Source: Candidatus Saccharimonadota bacterium (GTDB lineage Archaea > Nanohalarchaeota > Nanosalinia > Nanosalinales > Nanosalinaceae). From it: a DNA stretch of 32,000 bases. A program made the translations under genes and the position numbers. Under the pieces are notes generated by a model. The model did no database searches. It was not told the DNA's origin and worked only from the letters and a program-made list of their open reading frames with translations. Shown here in pieces: positions 1 through 6,281 of the stretch (position 1 is the first letter of the stretch; every line of letters begins with the position of its first letter). The DNA is taken from NCBI RefSeq assembly GCF_047555085.1, contig NZ_CP180230.1:630001-662000 (forward strand). The letters are read 5' to 3'.

Positions 1-91
1 CGACTACGCTCTCAAACCATACGAAGTAGCTGAAACTTACAGGTACGGTACGAGAGGCCGTGACCTGAGAAAACAACTGGTGAATCACTGA
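1..91 (+). CDS. 3' end of a LamG/ConA-like-fold protein (long-form paralog), truncated by the window edge
   Basis: Frame 2 reads DYALKPYEVAETYRYGTRGRDLRKQLVNH*. This matches the C-terminus of the 1220..2638 product (EIFELYRYGTRGRDLRKFLVTH*). Stop TGA 89-91 abuts ATG 92 of the next paralog. Confidence 0.7.
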   Translation, partial: DYALKPYEVAETYRYGTRGRDLRKQLVNH

Positions 92-778
92 ATGGTACTA
101 GTCGGATACTGGCCTCTAAACGAAACCTCCGGAACAACGGCATACGACGTCAGGAACGGAAACGATGGAACAGTCAACGGTGCCGGACCTGATGGAACAG
201 GTACTTCTTCAGGCCTGCTTAACTCCTCAGCGTACTCGTTTGATGGGACTGATGACTATGTGACTATGCCTCGTTCGAGGGAAGGTTTTCCGAAAAGCTA
301 TTCTGTATGGTTTAACCCGGGAGATGGTTCCGGATATCCTGCAGTACTACGTGATGATTACCATACTCAGGACGCTTACAGTGGAATAAGTATACAGTAT
401 AACGCTCCAGACACCTGGGCGCTACAGATAGGCGATGGCAGCGGATCAGGTTCCAGCCACAGAAAAAGTCACAAAGGAGGAGATTTAACTCTGGGAAACT
501 GGCATCACCTTGTTGCCGTGGCAAGAGGAGTAAACGATGTAGAACTCTACAAAAACGGTGTAAACGACTACAAAGGTGTTTCAGGAAGCGGGAGTTCAGT
601 TCAGTACATCGGCTCGAAAAACGTTATGGGATTCAGGCCCGCAGGAAGCTACTACACTCCAGGAAAAATACAGCATGTCAGAATCTACGACCACGCACTG
701 ACACCGCAGGAAGTACAGTACATGTATTCAGTCGGAAAAAATAGAGGCCTGCACATCTCCAGCGAAAAAACTCTGTAA
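92..778 (+). CDS. LamG/ConA-like lectin-fold protein, short form (228 aa), no signal peptide
   Basis: N-terminus is MVLVGYWPLNETSGTTAYD, followed by YSFDGTDDYV and WHHLV. C-terminal block is GKIQHVRIYDHALTPQEVQYMYSVGKNRGLH. This pattern is typical of Laminin_G_3-type domains and is shared with 5 other ORFs in the window. Confidence 0.85.
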   Translation: MVLVGYWPLNETSGTTAYDVRNGNDGTVNGAGPDGTGTSSGLLNSSAYSFDGTDDYVTMPRSREGFPKSYSVWFNPGDGSGYPAVLRDDYHTQDAYSGISIQYNAPDTWALQIGDGSGSGSSHRKSHKGGDLTLGNWHHLVAVARGVNDVELYKNGVNDYKGVSGSGSSVQYIGSKNVMGFRPAGSYYTPGKIQHVRIYDHALTPQEVQYMYSVGKNRGLHISSEKTL

Positions 779-804
779 AAAACTTCCGAAAGATAAATCC
801 CAGT

Positions 805-816
805 AAAAAATTTTTT
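805..816. terminator. A6T6 palindrome between convergent genes, putative bidirectional oligo-T terminator
   Basis: The sequence aaaaaatttttt lies directly after the gatC stop (817-819, minus) and 27 nt after the 92..778 stop. Archaeal RNAP is known to terminate at oligo-T tracts. Confidence 0.35.
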
Positions 817-1095
817 CTAGGCGCTTGGGCCTTTGAAGTATCCTTCTTCCTCGTTTTCCGTATTCTGGAAGACTTCTTCTTTTTCAAGAGTTTCCTCTTT
901 CTCATCGCTTCTTGTCGTCGAATCGACGTCCACAGGATGGAAAGATGGCTCAACATCTTCTGTATCAACTTCGTCAAGAGTCTCGAACATTCCCAGAATC
1001 TTATCGAATTCCTCTGAGAACTTCGAGGCCTCTTCATCTGAAAGATTGATCCTTGCGTTCTTCGCAACTTTCTGAACTTCTTTTTGATCTACCAT
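817..1095 (-). CDS. gatC: Asp/Glu-tRNA amidotransferase subunit C (GatC)
   Basis: 92 aa. The sequence VQKVAKNARINLSDEEASKFSEEFDKILGMFETLDEVDTEDVEPSFHP ... GYFKGP has the GatC family layout and length. Confidence 0.85.
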   Translation of the reverse strand: MVDQKEVQKVAKNARINLSDEEASKFSEEFDKILGMFETLDEVDTEDVEPSFHPVDVDSTTRSDEKEETLEKEEVFQNTENEEEGYFKGPSA

Positions 1096-1187
1096 ACTTC
1101 AGAACTGTAGACAAATTCTTTAGTAATCCACGGAGAGCCCAAAAAAATTTCCACAGGCCTCTGAAAAGTAATTTATTAGGAAGATTC

Positions 1188-1200
1188 AAATTAACTTATA
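1188..1200 (+). promoter_or_regulatory. TATA-like box for the 1220..2638 gene (leaderless geometry)
   Basis: The sequence aaattaacttata is centred about 26 nt upstream of ATG 1220. The same spacing is seen at 5523-5535 and 11736-11749. Confidence 0.4.
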
Positions 1201-1219
1201 GAGGCCTCAGAAATTTTTC

Positions 1220-2638
1220 ATGGCGATAAGATGGGATTCAGAAAGCGACTGGGAGAACAGTCAGGACAGTTCCGGTACAGTCGGCAGAAATGGAAATCTA
1301 CGGCAAGGATATTCAAGAGAAAAGCCTCCGCTTTCTCAAGGCCTTGTCGGATACTGGCCTCTACACGACGATTCGGCGACTGATTACTCAGGAAATAATA
1401 ATCATGGAACACTCAATGGCGGAGTCACGACAGGCATCGCTGGAAAAGCTGGTTTACAGGCGATGAGTTTTGATGGGAGCGATGATAGTATCGATATTCC
1501 TGATCAGCTTTTATCTAATGGCTCTTCTTTAACTCTTTCTTTCTGGTTCAAGGCCGATACACTAGGGAACGATGATCGTCCTGTGGCAATCAGCCAGAGC
1601 CATGAATGCCTTGCAAATATAGGTCGTTCAGGAACTAACGAGATTGGTGTTCGATGGAGAGCAGGAGACGGTAACGCGAGAGATTATGAATTCAAAACTA
1701 TTTCTACAGATACATGGCATCACTATGCAGTTACCTATGACAGTAGCTCAGGCGACTTGAAAGGCTATCTTAACTCAACAGAACAGCTGTATAAAGCCGG
1801 TATTGGTTCTTCAGGTATAAGTCAGGAATCGGCTATAGGGCAGAAAGGAGGTACAGGATATTTCAATGGAAAAATCTCAGACGTCCGTATATACAACCGT
1901 ACTCTATCCTTATCCGAAATAAATACGCTGTACGAATGGGGATCTGGCGACTATGCGAGGCCTCCAAACGACGGAACGGCATACTACAAGTTTGATGGTG
2001 ATGGCTCGGATTCATGGGGATCTAACTCAACGACTAACAGCGGTGTAGTCTTTTCCTCTGATTCTGTAAGAAATCAGTCAGGAGAGTTCCAGGCCTCGAA
2101 CAATGATCGCGTTGTGATAGATAACTCTGAGAGTAGCTCTCATCCTCTCAACGTCGGAAATCTTGCTGCATCTGATTTCACAGTATCTACATGGGTGAAG
2201 TTTGACTCATTCCCTAATACCAACAACGATATTATCGGAAGCTACGATGGAGCATGGTACATGCTGTGGTACAACACTGGTACAGGATTCAGATGGGGTG
2301 TAGACGACGGCTCAAACAAGATCACAGCCGACGGCGGCACAGCACAGACAGAAACATGGTACCACCTCACAGGCACGTACGACAGCTCCGAGAAGAAAGC
2401 AGAACTTTACCTTAACAGCTCCAAGATAGCTGAAGGATCAAACACAAGCTTCACCGCCACAGCTTCCTCAAATCCTGTTCACATAGGAGATGGAGGCTCA
2501 GGAAGAACCAGGCCTTTAAACGGACATATCGATGACTTGCGGATCTACGATAGAAAACTGAGGCCTGAAGAAATATTTGAACTCTATAGGTACGGCACCA
2601 GAGGCCGCGACTTGAGAAAGTTCCTGGTGACGCACTAG
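1220..2638 (+). CDS. Two-domain LamG/ConA-like-fold protein, long form (472 aa) with about 45-aa N-terminal extension
   Basis: The N-terminal extension is MAIRWDSESDWENSQDSSGT...QGY. LamG domain 1 runs LVGYWPLHDD...MSFDGSDDSI...WHHYAVTY...ISDVRIYNRTLSLSEINTLYEWG. LamG domain 2 runs AYYKFDGDG...WYHLTGTYD...IDDLRIYDRKLRPEEIFELYRYGTRGRDLRKFLVTH. Confidence 0.85.
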   Translation: MAIRWDSESDWENSQDSSGTVGRNGNLRQGYSREKPPLSQGLVGYWPLHDDSATDYSGNNNHGTLNGGVTTGIAGKAGLQAMSFDGSDDSIDIPDQLLSNGSSLTLSFWFKADTLGNDDRPVAISQSHECLANIGRSGTNEIGVRWRAGDGNARDYEFKTISTDTWHHYAVTYDSSSGDLKGYLNSTEQLYKAGIGSSGISQESAIGQKGGTGYFNGKISDVRIYNRTLSLSEINTLYEWGSGDYARPPNDGTAYYKFDGDGSDSWGSNSTTNSGVVFSSDSVRNQSGEFQASNNDRVVIDNSESSSHPLNVGNLAASDFTVSTWVKFDSFPNTNNDIIGSYDGAWYMLWYNTGTGFRWGVDDGSNKITADGGTAQTETWYHLTGTYDSSEKKAELYLNSSKIAEGSNTSFTATASSNPVHIGDGGSGRTRPLNGHIDDLRIYDRKLRPEEIFELYRYGTRGRDLRKFLVTH

Positions 2639-2651
2639 TCCCTATACCAGC

Positions 2652-2658
2652 TTTTTTT
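2652..2658 (+). terminator. T7 tract 14 nt after the stop of 1220..2638
   Basis: The sequence is ccagctttttttcagg. Oligo-T is the known archaeal termination signal. Confidence 0.35.
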
Positions 2659-2843
2659 CAGGAGTTAAGGCCTCCGGATTTTTGTCTAAGAGATATAGTA
2701 TAGAATTTTTTGAGGCCTGAAAATTATTTGCGTTTTTAGTTACTGGCGGTGAAGTAAATTTTTTCTAGAGTGGAGAATAGTGAAAACTGTCCGAAGATTT
2801 ATAAACGGGCTAAGGTAAAAGTAAGTTAGATAAGATACATTTG

Positions 2844-2980
2844 TTCAAGTCTGGTGGGACAGATCTTGAACGACTCGCCTTCGAACTTGGTGGGACAAGT
2901 TTCGAGGCAAACATCGATCGGTTCACAAGTTTGGGACTTGTGATTGAACATTGGGAATTTACGTGTAACGTTTGGGAAAC
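2844..2980 (+). repeat. Array of short hairpins / TGGGA motifs in the ftsZ upstream spacer (candidate structured 5' leader or small ncRNA)
   Basis: H1 (2844-2870) is TTCAAG-TCT-[GGTGGGAC]-AGA-T-CTTGAA. H2 (2880-2906) is TTCGAA-CTT-[GGTGGGAC]-AAG-T-TTCGAG. They share the same 6+3 bp stem, bulged T and 8-nt loop, with four compensatory base-pair changes. H3 (2923-2943) is TCACAAG-[TTTGGGA]-CTTGTGA. Two weaker TTGGGAA copies lie at about 2951 and 2972. Confidence 0.55.
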
Positions 2981-3052
2981 TTTCTATGGTAGAGTTAGGT
3001 CTACTGCTTTAAAAAACTATGGTAGTTCAATCGGTGAGGGCCAGAAGGTAAG

Positions 3053-4120
3053 ATGGAATCTATAATAAACGACTCTGAAAACGACGGAAAAACCAGTCAA
3101 AATCTGGATGATGTAAAGGATGCAAGAATCCTTGTAGTGGGTGTTGGAGGAGCTGGTAATAACCAGGTTACTCGTATCCAGAACAAGGAGGTTGCAGGAG
3201 CTGAGACAGTTGCGATCAATACTGACAAGCAGCACCTGGAGATGTCATCCGCCGACAGAAAAATACTTGTCGGAAAAGACTTGACAAGAGGTCTTGGAGC
3301 TGGAGGAGAACCTGAGACAGGTGCTCGTTCAGCTGAAGAGAACAGGGCCGAACTAAGAAATCTTTTCAAAGAAGCTGACATGGTCTTCCTCACCGCAGGA
3401 ATGGGAGGAGGAACAGGAACAGGAGCAACACCAGTCCTCGCAGAAATCGCAAAGAAAGAAGACTGTATTGTGATCGGAACAGTAACAATGCCTTTCGAGA
3501 TCGAAGGAGCAAGAATGAGCAAGGCAGAAGAAGGCCTCTACAGACTGAGGAAGCACGTCGATACAGCGATCGTCATCGAAAACGACAAGCTACTTGACAT
3601 CGCAGGCGACATGCCTCTCGACCAGGCCTTCGGAGTCGCAGATGAACTGATCACTACAATGATCAAGGGAATCACAGAAACGATCAGCAAGCCAAGCCTT
3701 GTCAATCTGGATTACGCTGATGTCCAGGCAATTATGAATGAAGGAGGAGTCGCCGTAGTAGGATACGGTGAATCAGACACCTCCAACAAAGGAAGGGAAG
3801 CGATCCATGAAGCGCTCTCGAATCCGTTGCTTGACGTAGAGTTTGACGGAGCAAACGGAGCACTTCTGCACGTAGCAGGAGGAGAAGACCTGACACTGAA
3901 CGAGATCAACGACGTCGGTCAAAAAGTCACCGAAAAGCTGAACAAACAGGCACAGGTCATCTGGGGTGCAAGAATCAAGGACGACCTCAAAGGAAAGATG
4001 CAGGTCATCTCAATCATCACAGGCGTAAAATCACCTTACGTCCTTGGAGAACTGGATGAAGACGAAGAATCTGAAGTCACAGGCGACGTAGAGGACCTGG
4101 GACTGGAGATCGTCGAGTAG
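3053..4120 (+). CDS. ftsZ: Cell division GTPase FtsZ
   Basis: 355 aa. It has ILVVGVGGAGNN, the tubulin/FtsZ signature GMGGGTGTGATP and an acidic C-terminal tail. Confidence 0.95.
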   Translation: MESIINDSENDGKTSQNLDDVKDARILVVGVGGAGNNQVTRIQNKEVAGAETVAINTDKQHLEMSSADRKILVGKDLTRGLGAGGEPETGARSAEENRAELRNLFKEADMVFLTAGMGGGTGTGATPVLAEIAKKEDCIVIGTVTMPFEIEGARMSKAEEGLYRLRKHVDTAIVIENDKLLDIAGDMPLDQAFGVADELITTMIKGITETISKPSLVNLDYADVQAIMNEGGVAVVGYGESDTSNKGREAIHEALSNPLLDVEFDGANGALLHVAGGEDLTLNEINDVGQKVTEKLNKQAQVIWGARIKDDLKGKMQVISIITGVKSPYVLGELDEDEESEVTGDVEDLGLEIVE

Positions 4121-4210
4121 AAAAAAGCTTTCCACAAGCCGGATGCCGTAGAGGCCTCCGGGCAAAATCTATATTAGACGGTGGGATCTCTGTACACCGG
4201 GATGTTTTAA

Positions 4211-4229
4211 CCCCCTCCCCCTCCCCCCC
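4211..4229. repeat. C5-T-C5-T-C7 tract (G-rich on the minus strand)
   Basis: The sequence ccccctccccctccccccc is read directly. It is the only such tract in the window. GGGATCTC copies at 4183-4190 and 4246-4253 and a 6-bp inverted repeat tacacc/ggtgta (4193-4198 / 4239-4244) flank it. Confidence 0.9.
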
Positions 4230-4323
4230 TTATTCCTGGTGTATGGGGATCTCCCGCTAAACCTTTTTCTTTTAGACAAGTTTTTCCGAAATAACTATAA
4301 CATTAAACTAACAGAGTTGTCCT

Positions 4324-4863
4324 GTGAAGCGTGTATATCTTTACCTGATTACAGGCCTGTCGATAATAGCAGGTGCAGCATCAGCATACTTCATAAATAC
4401 TGGAAATGGATTATCAGCTGCCTTAGCAGGCCTGGCAGGATTTCTGTTCCTGGAGTACGGGAAGGAGAAATCCATAGAGCTGAAGAACCGGAAGCAGGTA
4501 AAGGCCTTGAACAGCACTTCGACAACGCTTCTTGAGGTTGTACTTATTGGAGGCCTTCTGGCAAGTCAGAGTCTGCCGATCAAGCTTTCAGTTGCGGTTC
4601 TGTCATCTCTCGTGTTCGTGAAGGCGTTGAAAAGCAACTCGGAGAACTTTCTGAATACGGATGTTAGTCTTCGCTTCGATCAGAGAGGCAGAGTTATCAC
4701 TGCTTTAGCTGCTATGGCGCTCTCGATATTCAATCCTTACTATATCTTCATCGGGGCTTGGGTGCTTCTGGGATCGGTAATAGTTGATACCGCGGAGATA
4801 CTTTACGATCTACAGGACAGAAGCGAGAAATCCAAGCTGAAGAACAGAATCATGTCAAACTAA
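4324..4863 (+). CDS. Hypothetical multi-pass membrane protein (GTG start)
   Basis: 179 aa with several hydrophobic segments (LYLITGLSIIAGAASAYF, LAGLAGFLFL, LLEVVLIGGLLA, ALAAMALSIF, IFIGAWVLLGSVIV). I recognise no family. Confidence 0.55.
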   Translation: MKRVYLYLITGLSIIAGAASAYFINTGNGLSAALAGLAGFLFLEYGKEKSIELKNRKQVKALNSTSTTLLEVVLIGGLLASQSLPIKLSVAVLSSLVFVKALKSNSENFLNTDVSLRFDQRGRVITALAAMALSIFNPYYIFIGAWVLLGSVIVDTAEILYDLQDRSEKSKLKNRIMSN

Positions 4864-4944
4864 GTTTCTACCCCTCTGAAAGGCATTGATAAAAACAGGC
4901 CTACGGTACCCATCTATTTAATTTTTCACCGGGCTTGTTGTTAT

Positions 4945-5451
4945 ATGCAAGCACCAATATGCAACGTATGTCTAAAGAGTGACGTTCTCTGCAGCAACTG
5001 TGAGGAGAAGCTGGAGAACGGGGAGATCTCAGAACTTGAAATCAAAATCTCACGGATACTGAAAGAACTCAGCAACGAGTACGGCTCACTTCGCGACAGC
5101 GAAATCATCCACGTCTACGACACAGAAAACGTACTTGTAATCGTTACAGCAGAAGGAGACGGAGCCAAAGTAGTCGGAAGAGGCGGCGAAATCGTCAAAG
5201 AAATCGCAAGCCGAGTCGACAAAAGCATCCGTGTAGTAGAACAGGCAAAAGAAGACAGAGCAGTAATCCAGGGCCTCCTAAGTCCTGCAGAAATCAAGTC
5301 AATCAACACAGTCTTCAAGCCTGAAGGCGAAAGCCAGAAGATAGTAGTCGACGAAGAATACGAGGGAAAAATCAATCTCTCCATCGACGAACTACAGCAA
5401 CTGATCAGCGACATCACAGGCACAGACTACGAGATCTCCTTCGAAGAATAG
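4945..5451 (+). CDS. NusA-like KH-domain RNA-binding protein with N-terminal Zn ribbon
   Basis: The N-terminus has CNVCLKSDVLCSNC (CxxC-x7-CxxC), followed by a KH-like GxxG segment (VVGRGGEIVKEIASRV). Size and layout resemble the small archaeal NusA-like proteins. Confidence 0.6.
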   Translation: MQAPICNVCLKSDVLCSNCEEKLENGEISELEIKISRILKELSNEYGSLRDSEIIHVYDTENVLVIVTAEGDGAKVVGRGGEIVKEIASRVDKSIRVVEQAKEDRAVIQGLLSPAEIKSINTVFKPEGESQKIVVDEEYEGKINLSIDELQQLISDITGTDYEISFEE

Positions 5452-5522
5452 AACACAGGCCTTCCAAGAGGCCTCTCATTTTCCAATTTTTCTCTAAGAA
5501 ATTTTCTTCTGACACTCTGACA

Positions 5523-5535
5523 AATTATAAATTAG
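5523..5535 (+). promoter_or_regulatory. TATA-like box for the 5559..6215 gene
   Basis: The sequence aaattataaatta is centred about 30 nt upstream of ATG 5559. Confidence 0.45.
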
Positions 5536-5558
5536 TCCAAGGCCTAAAATCTGCATAA

Positions 5559-6215
5559 ATGACGCTTATCGGCTACTGGCCTCTCAACGAAAACTCGGGA
5601 TCAAAGGCCTACGATCATTCCGGAAATGAGAATCACGGAACTTTGAATGGTGGAGTTACACAGGGAACAACGGGCCTTCTGGCAGATACTGCGTACAGTT
5701 TCGATGGTTCTGATGATTACGTCAGTATAGCAGATAGTTCTGTTCTTGATGGCTCACCGATCTCTGCTACCGCATGGGTTAAAACCTCTGCAAGCGGAGA
5801 AAAAGTTATAGTTGCAAAGTTCAACTCATCCTCCCCCTATAATGGATACTGGTACGGACAGGGGAAAGATGGAGGTATCAGAGTATGTCTCGGATATGAC
5901 GGGCAGAAATGCTACGAAGTAAGTGATTTTCCTAACGATGGAAACTGGCACCAGATCTGCTTCACTTACGATAACTCAACTCTGAAAATATACCAGGATG
6001 GAAAACATATAGATTCAATATCAGAGACAACGGACGTGAAAGATACAGCAACAGACCTACAGATCGGATATGGACAGTGGGGAGTAGAAAACGAGTGGAA
6101 TGGAAAAATATCCGAAGTAAGAATCTATGACAGGCCTTTAACGAAAAGTGAAGTCCAGTACCTGTACAACGTCGGAAAAAGAGGCCTTCATACTACTTCC
6201 AGGAAAACTTCTTAG
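5559..6215 (+). CDS. LamG/ConA-like-fold protein, short form (218 aa), no signal peptide
   Basis: It reads MTLIGYWPLNENSGSKAYDHSGNENHGTLNGGVTQG...YSFDGSDDYV...WHQICFTYD...GKISEVRIYDRPLTKSEVQYLYNVGKRGLHTTSRKTS. Confidence 0.85.
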   Translation: MTLIGYWPLNENSGSKAYDHSGNENHGTLNGGVTQGTTGLLADTAYSFDGSDDYVSIADSSVLDGSPISATAWVKTSASGEKVIVAKFNSSSPYNGYWYGQGKDGGIRVCLGYDGQKCYEVSDFPNDGNWHQICFTYDNSTLKIYQDGKHIDSISETTDVKDTATDLQIGYGQWGVENEWNGKISEVRIYDRPLTKSEVQYLYNVGKRGLHTTSRKTS

Positions 6216-6281
6216 AATTTTTCTGGTAGAGGCCTGTGTGGAGTTCTGGTTTTAAGAGTTTTCTCTTGTTATTTTCTGTTT

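Noticed and set aside
678-1075. ORFs 678..1067 (minus) and 833..1075 (plus) overlapping gatC
   Set aside because: gatC (817..1095, minus) explains the region with a clear family match. The alternatives are low-complexity K/S-rich shadow frames.
2844-2980. Possible CRISPR array (regularly spaced repeats)
   Set aside because: The repeat units are about 27 nt hairpins separated by only about 9-16 nt and are not identical in sequence. No cas genes are nearby. This does not match CRISPR geometry.
2841-3065. 74-codon TTG-initiated ORF upstream of and overlapping ftsZ
   Set aside because: Its apparent internal peptide repeats (SGGTDLE / LGGTSFE) merely mirror the DNA hairpin repeats. The start is TTG, it overlaps the ftsZ start by 13 nt, and it has no recognisable fold (in particular it is not RHH/CdrS-like). 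I treat it as non-coding structured DNA/RNA, though translation cannot be excluded.
4239-4535. 98-aa plus-strand ORF overlapping the start of 4324..4863
   Set aside because: It is out of frame with the membrane-protein ORF and begins in the spacer containing the C-tract. It has no motif. The hydrophobic periodicity supports the 4324 frame instead.
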